Of a stretch of DNA of 64,000 nucleotides, positions 26,074-35,501 are shown piece after piece. The stretch lies in assembly GCF_003334335.1 (NCBI RefSeq), contig NZ_QOWQ01000004.1. The stretch is one strand, 5' to 3'. The notes under the pieces are model-generated. The model was given only the letters and a program-made list of their open reading frames with translations, had not been told where the DNA came from and ran no database searches. The stretch comes from Escherichia coli. GTDB taxonomy: Bacteria; Pseudomonadota; Gammaproteobacteria; Enterobacterales; Enterobacteriaceae. A program made the translations under genes and the position numbers. The number at the start of each line of letters is the position of its first letter. Positions within the stretch are counted from its first letter, which is position 1.

Positions 26074-27927
26074 TTACCTTTCCAGTCTTCTTGCTCCACG
26101 TTCAGAGAGACGTTCGCATACTGCTGACCGTTGCTCGTTATTCAGCCTGACAGTATGGTTACTGTCGTTTAGACGTTGTGGGCGGCTCTCCTGAACTTTC
26201 TCCCGAAAAACCTGACGTTGTTCAGGTGATGCCGATTGAACACGCTGGCGGGCGTTATCACGTTGCTGTTGATTCAGTGGGCGCTGCTGTACTTTTTCCT
26301 TAAACACCTGGCGCTGCTCTGGTGATGCGGACTGAATACGCTCACGCGCTGCGTCTCTTCGCTGCTGGTTCTGCGGGTTAGTCTGCATTTTCTCGCGAAC
26401 CGCCTGGCGCTGCTCAGGCGAGGCGGACTGAATGCGCTCACGCGCTGCCTCTCTTCGCTGCTGGATCTTCGGGTTAGTCTGCATTCTCTCGCGAACTGCC
26501 TGGCGCTGCTCAGGCGAGGCGGACTGATAACGCTGACGAGCGGCGTCCTTTTGTTGCTGGGTCAGTGGTTGGCGACGGCTGAAGTCGTGGAAGTCGTCAT
26601 AGCTCCCATAGTGTTCAGCTTCATTAAACCGCTGTGCCGCTGCCTGACGTTGGGTATCTCGTGTAATGACTGGTGCGGCGTGTGTTCGTTGCTGAAACTG
26701 ATTTGCTGCCGCCTGACGCTGGCTGTCGCGCGTTGGGGCAGGTAATTGCGTGGCGCTCATTCCGCCGTTGACATCGGTTTGATGAAACCGCTTTGCCATA
26801 TCCTGATCATGATAGGGCACACCATTACGGTAGTTTGGATTGTGCCGCCATGCCATATTCTTATCAGTAAGATGCTCACCGGTGATACGGTTGAAATTGT
26901 TGACGTCGATATTGATGTTGTCGCCGTTGTGTTGCCAGCCATTACCGTCACGATGACCGCCATCGTGGTGATGATAATCATCATTGTCATGATGATGATG
27001 GTCATGATCGTCGTCGTCCCAGTCGATGCTGCTGAATAGTGCGTACGTGGTAGCAACGCCCATGCTATAGCCGAATCCGCGTACAAAGCTGTCAACAAAC
27101 GGTTCTCCGGCTGGTGGTGGCAGATAAACCGGCGGATACGCAGTATTGGCCCAGTTCCCGTAAACCACGGTTGGGTTGTAGTTGGGAATATAGACCACAT
27201 CAGGATTGGCGGGCTCAATGGAAATGACGGTTGTTGCCGGCTCTGTAATGACGGGGTTGGCAGTTAAAACTGTATTGGATGGTATGACGGGTGCCGTGAC
27301 TGTCTGTTTTACCGGTACAGCTTTCTTCGTTGTGGTAATAACTTTCTGTTCGGTTGATGACTTCAGCGAGCCGGTTTGTTGCGCCAGTTGCCGCAATCGC
27401 TGTACCGAGTCCATCACGTCCTGCGGCTGGGCCAGAAAAGCATCGCCCAGGTTTTGCACCCATTGCGGGTTTTCGCCCATCAATGCCATCAATTGTGGAA
27501 AGGCCACCAGTGATTTAACGCTGGCGTCCCACGGCTGGTCAGATACCGCCTGAATAGCAGCATCGCCTTGTTTAAGTGGATTATCGTGCGACCATTGCAC
27601 TGCTTGAGCAACGTTTGTCGGATAGGTTGATGCCATCAGCACCTGCGAAAGTAGGGCGTCGGGATACAGCGCGACGGGCGCGACCCATTGATCTATTTGT
27701 GCAGTGCTGAATGCGGATTTGACGACGGCGGGTGTTACGGGAGGTGCGGAAACCGTTGCAGGAAACGTAACCGCGGCAGCGTCAGACACAGCCAGTTGTG
27801 TCGATTGCGGTTCCACAGGCGCTTCCACTGTGCGGCTTTTTATATATAGCCCGGTAGAGGCGGCACAAAGCCCGGCACTGCAAATTAGCGCCAGCACATG
27901 GGGTTTAAACGGCAAAGTCATTTTCAT
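26074..27927 (-). CDS. yacH: Secreted repeat-containing protein YacH (DUF3300 family, function unknown)
   Basis: 617 aa; N-terminal signal peptide; His/Asp-rich tract; C-terminal 32-aa tandem repeats QSASPEQRQ... Confidence 0.93.
   Translation of the reverse strand: MKMTLPFKPHVLALICSAGLCAASTGLYIKSRTVEAPVEPQSTQLAVSDAAAVTFPATVSAPPVTPAVVKSAFSTAQIDQWVAPVALYPDALLSQVLMASTYPTNVAQAVQWSHDNPLKQGDAAIQAVSDQPWDASVKSLVAFPQLMALMGENPQWVQNLGDAFLAQPQDVMDSVQRLRQLAQQTGSLKSSTEQKVITTTKKAVPVKQTVTAPVIPSNTVLTANPVITEPATTVISIEPANPDVVYIPNYNPTVVYGNWANTAYPPVYLPPPAGEPFVDSFVRGFGYSMGVATTYALFSSIDWDDDDHDHHHHDNDDYHHHDGGHRDGNGWQHNGDNINIDVNNFNRITGEHLTDKNMAWRHNPNYRNGVPYHDQDMAKRFHQTDVNGGMSATQLPAPTRDSQRQAAANQFQQRTHAAPVITRDTQRQAAAQRFNEAEHYGSYDDFHDFSRRQPLTQQQKDAARQRYQSASPEQRQAVRERMQTNPKIQQRREAARERIQSASPEQRQAVREKMQTNPQNQQRRDAARERIQSASPEQRQVFKEKVQQRPLNQQQRDNARQRVQSASPEQRQVFREKVQESRPQRLNDSNHTVRLNNEQRSAVCERLSERGARRLER
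26170..26540 (-). repeat. yacH: 96-nt tandem coding repeats (about 4 copies) at yacH 3' end
   Basis: DNA period ~96 nt (ctggcgctgctcaggcgaggcggactgaatgcgctcacgcgctgc...); protein repeat QSASPEQRQAVRE(R/K)MQTNP; approximate. Confidence 0.85.
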
Positions 27928-28281
27928 AATTCGGATCTCAAGGAAATCGCAATGGTCGGCGAACTGCCACCCGCAGGTGCTGTGAATCCGAGTATAAAGA
28001 GGCGGTAGTTTAAATTTTGACTAATCTTGGGATTCGTTGAGAAAGGTGATTATCACCATGCGAATTAACGAAGTTTTTACGGAGGGAAACAATCTCTAGA
28101 CCATCCTTAACGATTCAGCCACTTTTTTATGTTGCTTTTTTGTAAACAGATTAACACCTCGTCAAAATCCTGCTATTCTGCCCGTTGCGGTACTGGGCAT
28201 TTACCCTACAAACTGCTGTCTCACAGGAGCGTGAAGAGAATCGCCTGCCGCACTATGACAATGAGAGCGAGGAGAACCGTC

Positions 28282-30879
28282 GTGCTAGAAGAATACCGTA
28301 AGCACGTAGCTGAGCGTGCCGCTGAGGGGATTGCGCCCAAACCCCTGGATGCAAACCAAATGGCCGCACTTGTAGAGCTGCTGAAAAACCCGCCCGCGGG
28401 CGAAGAAGAATTCCTGTTAGATCTGTTAACCAACCGTGTTCCCCCAGGCGTCGATGAAGCCGCCTATGTCAAAGCAGGCTTCCTGGCTGCTATCGCGAAA
28501 GGCGAAGCCAAATCCCCTCTGCTGACTCCGGAAAAAGCCATCGAACTGCTGGGCACCATGCAGGGTGGTTACAACATTCATCCGCTGATCGACGCGCTGG
28601 ATGATGCCAAACTGGCACCTATTGCTGCTAAAGCACTTTCTCACACGCTGCTGATGTTCGATAACTTCTATGACGTAGAAGAGAAAGCGAAAGCAGGCAA
28701 CGAATATGCGAAGCAGGTTATGCAGTCCTGGGCGGATGCCGAATGGTTCCTGAATCGCCCGGCGCTGGCTGAAAAACTGACCGTTACTGTCTTCAAAGTC
28801 ACTGGCGAAACTAACACCGATGACCTTTCTCCGGCACCGGATGCGTGGTCACGCCCGGATATCCCACTGCACGCGCTGGCGATGCTGAAAAACGCCCGTG
28901 AAGGTATTGAGCCAGACCAGCCTGGTGTTGTTGGTCCGATCAAGCAAATCGAAGCTCTGCAACAGAAAGGTTTCCCGCTGGCGTACGTCGGTGACGTTGT
29001 GGGTACGGGTTCTTCGCGTAAATCCGCCACTAACTCCGTTCTGTGGTTTATGGGCGATGATATTCCACATGTGCCGAACAAACGCGGCGGTGGTTTGTGC
29101 CTCGGCGGTAAAATTGCACCCATCTTCTTTAACACGATGGAAGACGCGGGTGCACTGCCAATCGAAGTCGACGTCTCTAACCTGAACATGGGCGACGTGA
29201 TTGACGTTTACCCGTACAAAGGTGAAGTGCGTAACCACGAAACCGGCGAACTGCTGGCGACCTTCGAACTGAAAACCGACGTGCTGATTGATGAAGTGCG
29301 TGCTGGTGGCCGTATTCCGCTGATTATCGGGCGTGGCCTGACCACCAAAGCGCGTGAAGCACTTGGTCTGCCGCACAGTGATGTGTTCCGTCAGGCGAAA
29401 GATGTCGCTGAGAGCGATCGCGGCTTCTCGCTGGCGCAAAAAATGGTAGGCCGTGCCTGTGGCGTGAAAGGCATTCGTCCGGGCGCGTACTGTGAACCGA
29501 AAATGACTTCTGTAGGTTCCCAGGACACCACCGGCCCGATGACCCGTGATGAACTGAAAGACCTGGCGTGCCTGGGCTTCTCGGCTGACCTGGTGATGCA
29601 GTCTTTCTGCCACACCGCGGCGTATCCGAAGCCAGTTGACGTGAACACGCACCACACGCTGCCGGACTTCATTATGAACCGTGGCGGTGTGTCGCTGCGT
29701 CCGGGTGACGGCGTCATTCACTCCTGGCTGAACCGTATGCTGCTGCCGGATACCGTCGGTACCGGTGGTGACTCCCATACCCGTTTCCCGATCGGTATCT
29801 CTTTCCCGGCGGGTTCTGGTCTGGTGGCGTTTGCTGCCGCAACTGGCGTAATGCCGCTTGATATGCCGGAATCCGTTCTGGTGCGCTTCAAAGGCAAAAT
29901 GCAGCCGGGCATCACCCTGCGCGATCTGGTACACGCTATTCCGCTGTATGCGATCAAACAAGGTCTGCTGACCGTTGAGAAGAAAGGCAAGAAAAACATC
30001 TTCTCTGGCCGCATCCTGGAAATTGAAGGTCTGCCGGATCTGAAAGTTGAGCAGGCCTTTGAGCTAACCGATGCGTCCGCCGAGCGTTCTGCCGCTGGTT
30101 GTACCATCAAGCTGAACAAAGAACCGATCATCGAATACCTGAACTCTAACATCGTCCTGCTGAAGTGGATGATCGCGGAAGGTTACGGCGATCGTCGTAC
30201 CCTGGAACGTCGTATTCAGGGCATGGAAAAATGGCTGGCGAATCCTGAGCTGCTGGAAGCCGATGCAGATGCGGAATACGCGGCAGTGATCGACATCGAT
30301 CTGGCGGATATTAAAGAGCCAATCCTGTGTGCTCCGAACGACCCGGATGACGCGCGTCCGCTGTCTGCGGTACAGGGTGAGAAGATCGACGAAGTGTTTA
30401 TCGGTTCCTGCATGACCAACATCGGTCACTTCCGTGCTGCGGGTAAACTGCTGGATGCGCATAAAGGTCAGTTGCCGACCCGCCTGTGGGTGGCACCGCC
30501 AACCCGTATGGACGCCGCACAGTTGACCGAAGAAGGCTACTACAGCGTCTTCGGTAAGAGTGGTGCGCGTATCGAGATCCCTGGCTGTTCCCTGTGTATG
30601 GGTAACCAGGCGCGTGTGGCGGACGGTGCAACGGTGGTTTCCACCTCTACCCGTAACTTCCCGAACCGTCTGGGTACTGGCGCGAATGTCTTCCTGGCTT
30701 CTGCGGAACTGGCGGCTGTTGCGGCGCTGATTGGCAAACTGCCGACGCCGGAAGAGTACCAGACCTACGTGGCGCAGGTAGATAAAACAGCCGTTGATAC
30801 TTACCGTTATCTGAACTTCAACCAGCTTTCTCAGTACACCGAGAAAGCCGATGGGGTGATTTTTCAGACTGCGGTTTAA
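28282..30879 (+). CDS. acnB: Aconitate hydratase B / 2-methylisocitrate dehydratase AcnB
   Basis: 865 aa with GTG start ([16 protein letters not shown]); track ORF extends 51 codons upstream. Confidence 0.96.
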   Translation: MLEEYRKHVAERAAEGIAPKPLDANQMAALVELLKNPPAGEEEFLLDLLTNRVPPGVDEAAYVKAGFLAAIAKGEAKSPLLTPEKAIELLGTMQGGYNIHPLIDALDDAKLAPIAAKALSHTLLMFDNFYDVEEKAKAGNEYAKQVMQSWADAEWFLNRPALAEKLTVTVFKVTGETNTDDLSPAPDAWSRPDIPLHALAMLKNAREGIEPDQPGVVGPIKQIEALQQKGFPLAYVGDVVGTGSSRKSATNSVLWFMGDDIPHVPNKRGGGLCLGGKIAPIFFNTMEDAGALPIEVDVSNLNMGDVIDVYPYKGEVRNHETGELLATFELKTDVLIDEVRAGGRIPLIIGRGLTTKAREALGLPHSDVFRQAKDVAESDRGFSLAQKMVGRACGVKGIRPGAYCEPKMTSVGSQDTTGPMTRDELKDLACLGFSADLVMQSFCHTAAYPKPVDVNTHHTLPDFIMNRGGVSLRPGDGVIHSWLNRMLLPDTVGTGGDSHTRFPIGISFPAGSGLVAFAAATGVMPLDMPESVLVRFKGKMQPGITLRDLVHAIPLYAIKQGLLTVEKKGKKNIFSGRILEIEGLPDLKVEQAFELTDASAERSAAGCTIKLNKEPIIEYLNSNIVLLKWMIAEGYGDRRTLERRIQGMEKWLANPELLEADADAEYAAVIDIDLADIKEPILCAPNDPDDARPLSAVQGEKIDEVFIGSCMTNIGHFRAAGKLLDAHKGQLPTRLWVAPPTRMDAAQLTEEGYYSVFGKSGARIEIPGCSLCMGNQARVADGATVVSTSTRNFPNRLGTGANVFLASAELAAVAALIGKLPTPEEYQTYVAQVDKTAVDTYRYLNFNQLSQYTEKADGVIFQTAV

Positions 30880-30914
30880 AAAGTCAGCGCACGCGCTGCG
30901 CATAAACGACACAA

Positions 30915-30947
30915 TGCCCGGTGAATGAGATTCCCGGGCATTTTTTT
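30915..30947 (+). terminator. Intrinsic terminator after acnB
   Basis: Hairpin tgcccgg-tgaatgagattc-ccgggca followed by T7 (approximate). Confidence 0.8.
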
Positions 30948-31054
30948 ATTTCTAAACCATCGCCGTTCCGCTGTTTTTCTCCGGTAAGGCTGCGATAATT
31001 ACATCAATGGCGCAATGCGATTTCGGTGCATTGCCGGGAGCAGAGGAACACACT

Positions 31055-31417
31055 ATGGATTACGAATTTCTGCGCGATATTACCGGAGTGGTAAAGGTGC
31101 GTATGTCCATGGGGCATGAAGTGGTCGGGCACTGGTTTAATGAAGAGGTGAAAGAAAACCTGGCCTTGCTTGATGAAGTGGAACAAGCAGCGCACGCACT
31201 GAAAGGTAGCGAACGGTCCTGGCAACGGGCAGGGCATGAATACACCCTGTGGATGGACGGTGAAGAGGTGATGGTTCGCGCCAATCAACTGGAATTCGCT
31301 GGCGATGAAATGGAAGAGGGGATGAACTACTACGACGAAGAAAGCCTGTCGCTATGCGGCGTTGAGGATTTTCTGCAGGTCGTGGCGGCTTACCGCAATT
31401 TCGTGCAGCAGAAGTAA
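31055..31417 (+). CDS. yacL: UPF0231 protein YacL (function unknown)
   Basis: 120 aa starting [15 protein letters not shown]; track ORF extends 16 codons upstream. Confidence 0.9.
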
Positions 31418-31423
31418 ATAAAT

Positions 31424-31449
31424 CTGGCGGAGCCTGGGAGCTCCGCCAG
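31424..31449. terminator. Bidirectional hairpin between convergent yacL and speD
   Basis: ctggcggagc-ctggg-agctccgccag (approximate). Confidence 0.65.
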
Positions 31450-31454
31450 AGCCG

Positions 31455-32249
31455 TTAAACAGCTGGCATATTGCGCCCGTAATAAATCTCGCGCATTTCT
31501 TTCCACAGCGCAGCGGTAATTTCCTGGCGCTCGCTGTCGGTTAAGTCTTCCGGTTTGGTGTGGAACATGTAGTGCTTAAGGTCGAACTCTTTAAGCAACA
31601 TCTTGGTATGGAAGATATTTTCCTGATAGACGTTCACATCCACCATGTCATACAGCGCCTTCATATCGTCAGACATAAAGTTCTGAATCGAATTAATCTC
31701 ATGGTCGATAAAGTGCTTCATACCGTTAATGTCGCGGGTAAAACCGCGCACGCGATAATCAATGGTTACGATATCGGACTCAAGCTGGTGGATCAGGTAA
31801 TTCAGCGCCTTCAGCGGAGAAATCACGCCGCAGGTAGAGACTTCAATATCGGCGCGGAAGGTACATAAACCGCCTTCAGGATGACTTTCCGGGTAGGTAT
31901 GTACGCAAATATGACTTTTATCAAGATGGGCAACGACCGTTTCTGGCAGTGGGCCGGGGTGTTCTGTTTTGTCGATGAGTTTCGGGTCAACCGGTTCTTC
32001 ACTCACCAGAATAGTGACGCTGGCACCCTGTGGTTCGTAATCCTGGCGGGCGATGTTAAGAATATTAGCCCCGATAATGGAACAGGTTTCTGACAGGATT
32101 TCGGTCAGACGGTTGGCATTATAGAGTTCATCGATATAAGCAATATAACCGTCGCGCTCTTCGGCAGTTTTGGCGTAGCAGATATCGTAAATACAAAAAC
32201 TCAGACTTTTGGTCAGATTATTAAAGCCATGCAGTTTCAGTTTTTTCAA
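31455..32249 (-). CDS. speD: S-adenosylmethionine decarboxylase proenzyme SpeD
   Basis: 264 aa ORF recognised. Confidence 0.97.
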
Positions 32250-32264
32250 TTTCTTATCTTCTCC

Positions 32265-33131
32265 TTAGGACGGCTGTGAAGCCAGTGCGTCTTGCAGATA
32301 CTGAGGTAAGGCAAAAGCTGCCGTATGGATTGCCGGATTGTAATAACGGCATTTCAGGCCAGAGGCGAGAAAACGCGCCTGAATAATTTCGGTTGAGAGA
32401 TGGCGTAAGGCGTCGTTATCTGTCGCCCATGCAAAAGTCATGATACCGCCGTAATAGGTCGGGATCGCCGCCTGATAAAAGCCAACGTCGCTGAAGTAAT
32501 GGCTGAGTTTGCGATGGCTGTCGATGGCTTCTTCCTGCTGTAAAAAGCAGACGCCGTTTTGTGCGACGAAGATACCGCCAGGATTCAGGCAACGTTTGCA
32601 GCCTTCATAAAATGCCGAAGTGAAAAGGCTTTCGCCGGGACCGATAGGATCGGTGCAGTCGGAGATAATGACATCAAAGGTCTGGCTGGTTTGATTAACG
32701 AAATTGACGCCATCGTCGATCACCAGCTTAAAGCGCGGATCGTCGTAGCTACCGGCGTTATGGTTGGGTAGATACTGACGGCAGAACGATACGACACCCG
32801 CATCGATTTCCACCATCGTGATTGACTCAACGTTTTTATGTCGGGTTACTTCACGCAGCATGGCACCGTCGCCGCCGCCGATAATCAGCACATGTTTCGC
32901 GTGACCATGGGCCAGTAGCGGAACATGGGTCATCATCTCATGATAGATAAACTCGTCGCGCTCGGTGGTTTGTACTACGCCATCCAGCGCCATTACGCGA
33001 CCAAATGCAGCGTTCTCAAAAATGATCAGATCCTGGTGATCGGTCTTTTCATGATACAGAACGTTATCTACCGCAAAGTACTGCCCAAACTGGTCGTGTA
33101 GCGTTTCATGCCACTGTTTTTTTTCGGCCAT
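32265..33131 (-). CDS. speE: Spermidine synthase SpeE
   Basis: 288 aa; GGGDGA motif; 15-nt gap to speD (operon). Confidence 0.97.
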   Translation of the reverse strand: MAEKKQWHETLHDQFGQYFAVDNVLYHEKTDHQDLIIFENAAFGRVMALDGVVQTTERDEFIYHEMMTHVPLLAHGHAKHVLIIGGGDGAMLREVTRHKNVESITMVEIDAGVVSFCRQYLPNHNAGSYDDPRFKLVIDDGVNFVNQTSQTFDVIISDCTDPIGPGESLFTSAFYEGCKRCLNPGGIFVAQNGVCFLQQEEAIDSHRKLSHYFSDVGFYQAAIPTYYGGIMTFAWATDNDALRHLSTEIIQARFLASGLKCRYYNPAIHTAAFALPQYLQDALASQPS

Positions 33132-33236
33132 GGGTTGATACCTCCTTTGTTAACACCCGTAAAAAAAGGGCGCAACATAATAGCTAACATTGACCGCGGA
33201 TGCACGGTCAATATTTCTACAAAAAGGTATCAGGGA

Positions 33237-33584
33237 TTATTTGACGTAGGCAAGCAGGCTTAAGGAATCGCGGGCCAGGGCTTTGCATTTTTTAGCGACG
33301 GGAATGCCAATGCCGCTGAGATCGCGGTAGCTGTCTTCACCGAGGGCTTTCATGTCGAAGGTGTCGTAATTACTGAGGTCCCACTGGTTTTGCAGAGCGA
33401 AAAAGACCAGTGCGCGACGAATTTGCCCGTTAGGTAAGTTCTGGTAACCACAATCGTTCTTCAGAAAGACAAAAACTGCCGTTAAATCGGCCATATCTTC
33501 GGCTTCAGACTCGCTGAGCGCGTAACTGTTTGCGCAGACGGCCATCAGGCTGCCGAATAACACTGTTCTGAAAAACGTCTTCAT
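33237..33584 (-). CDS. yacC: Periplasmic protein YacC (function unknown; PulS/OutS-like, from memory)
   Basis: 115 aa starting MKTFFRTVLFGSLMAVCANSYA (signal peptide); track ORF extends 57 codons upstream. Confidence 0.88.
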   Translation of the reverse strand: MKTFFRTVLFGSLMAVCANSYALSESEAEDMADLTAVFVFLKNDCGYQNLPNGQIRRALVFFALQNQWDLSNYDTFDMKALGEDSYRDLSGIGIPVAKKCKALARDSLSLLAYVK

Positions 33585-33674
33585 TGCTTCTACCAGGGGC
33601 TTAAAGAAGATAAACGTTAGCACACTGCGAGCGAGGCGACGACCATTATTGTCGATTAAATTGTGTCTGCGGCT

Positions 33675-33704
33675 TGACCTTCCCGTAAGGGGAAGGACTA
33701 TGCT
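33675..33704 (+). promoter_or_regulatory. MerR-type (CueR) promoter for cueO: -35 ttgacc, 19-bp spacer with dyad ccttcc-N7-ggaagg, -10 tatgct
   Basis: Read directly: cttgaccTTCCCgtaaggGGAAGGacTATGCT about 45 nt upstream of cueO ATG; 19-bp spacer and dyad are hallmarks of CueR-activated promoters. Confidence 0.8.
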
Positions 33705-33749
33705 CAACGTTTGATTTTGTTTCGCCTGCTTAAGAATAAGGAAATAACT

Positions 33750-35300
33750 ATGCAACGTCGTGATTTCTTAAAATATTCCGTCGCGCTGGGTGTGGCTTCG
33801 GCTTTGCCGCTGTGGAGCCGCGCAGTATTTGCGGCAGAACGCCCAACGTTACCGATCCCTGATTTGCTCACGACCGATGCCCGTAATCGCATTCAGTTAA
33901 CTATTGGCGCAGGCCAGTCCACCTTTGGCGGGAAAACTGCAACTACCTGGGGCTATAACGGCAATCTGCTGGGGCCGGCGGTGAAATTACAGCGCGGCAA
34001 AGCGGTAACGGTTGATATCTACAACCAACTGACGGAAGAGACAACGTTGCACTGGCACGGGCTGGAAGTACCGGGTGAAGTCGACGGCGGCCCGCAGGGA
34101 ATTATTCCGCCAGGTGGCAAGCGCTCGGTGACGTTGAACGTTGATCAACCTGCCGCTACCTGCTGGTTCCATCCGCATCAGCACGGCAAAACCGGGCGAC
34201 AGGTGGCGATGGGGCTGGCTGGGCTGGTGGTGATTGAAGATGACGAGATCCTGAAATTAATGCTGCCAAAACAGTGGGGTATCGATGATGTTCCGGTGAT
34301 CGTTCAGGATAAGAAATTTAGCGCCGACGGGCAGATTGATTATCAACTGGATGTGATGACCGCCGCCGTGGGCTGGTTTGGCGATACGTTGCTGACCAAC
34401 GGTGCAATCTACCCGCAACACGCTGCCCCGCGTGGTTGGCTGCGCCTGCGTTTGCTCAATGGCTGTAATGCCCGTTCGCTCAATTTCGCCACCAGCGACA
34501 ATCGCCCGCTGTATGTGATTGCCAGCGACGGTGGTCTGCTACCTGAACCAGTGAAGGTGAGCGAACTGCCGGTGCTGATGGGCGAGCGTTTTGAAGTGCT
34601 GGTGGAGGTTAACGATAACAAACCCTTTGACCTGGTGACGCTGCCGGTCAGCCAGATGGGGATGGCGATTGCGCCGTTTGATAAGCCTCATCCGGTAATG
34701 CGGATTCAGCCGATTGCTATTAGTGCCTCCGGTGCTTTGCCAGACACATTAAGTAGCCTGCCTGCGTTACCTTCGCTGGAAGGGCTGACGGTACGCAAGC
34801 TGCAACTCTCTATGGACCCGATGCTCGATATGATGGGGATGCAGATGCTAATGGAGAAATATGGCGATCAGGCGATGGCCGGGATGGATCACAGCCAGAT
34901 GATGGGCCATATGGGGCACGGCAATATGAATCATATGAACCACGGCGGGAAGTTCGATTTCCACCATGCCAACAAAATCAACGGTCAGGCGTTTGATATG
35001 AACAAGCCGATGTTTGCGGCGGCGAAAGGGCAATACGAACGTTGGGTTATCTCTGGCGTGGGCGACATGATGCTGCATCCGTTCCATATCCACGGCACGC
35101 AGTTCCGTATCTTGTCAGAAAATGGCAAACCGCCAGCGGCTCATCGCGCGGGCTGGAAAGATACCGTTAAGGTAGAAGGTAATGTCAGCGAAGTGCTGGT
35201 GAAGTTTAATCACGATGCACCGAAAGAACATGCTTATATGGCGCACTGCCATCTGCTGGAGCATGAAGATACGGGGATGATGTTAGGGTTTACGGTATAA
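33750..35300 (+). CDS. cueO: Multicopper oxidase CueO (Tat-secreted cuprous oxidase)
   Basis: 516 aa starting [23 protein letters not shown] (twin-arginine signal); copper ligands [17 protein letters not shown]; Met-rich insert. Confidence 0.97.
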
Positions 35301-35365
35301 AAAGACCGTATTCGGAAATATGCCCGGATCTCTCCGGGCATTAAACTGATGACAAACGCAAATCT

Positions 35366-35463
35366 GCCTGATGCGCTACGCTTATCAGGCCTACGCTAGC
35401 TGTGCAATCCATTGATTTTGCACAATTTTGTAGGCTGGATAAGGCGTTCACGCCGCATCCGGC
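35366..35463. repeat. REP/BIME element pair between cueO and gcd
   Basis: gcctgatgcgctacgcttatcaggcctac and gtaggctggataaggcgttcacgccgcatccggc (REP consensus); approximate. Confidence 0.8.
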
Positions 35464-35501
35464 ATGAACAACGCGCACGTTGTCAGCAATCTGAGCAAGT
35501 C

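Noticed and set aside
26170-26540. Possible CRISPR-like array suggested by regular 96-nt repeats
   Set aside because: The repeats are in-frame coding repeats inside yacH with no unique spacers and no cas genes. The aceF 300-nt repeats are likewise coding.
26746-27218. ORFs on both strands inside the yacH His/Asp-rich region (26746..27039 +, 26757..27218 -)
   Set aside because: They are low-complexity translations of the cat/gat-rich tract. They overlap the well-supported yacH frame and lack start context.
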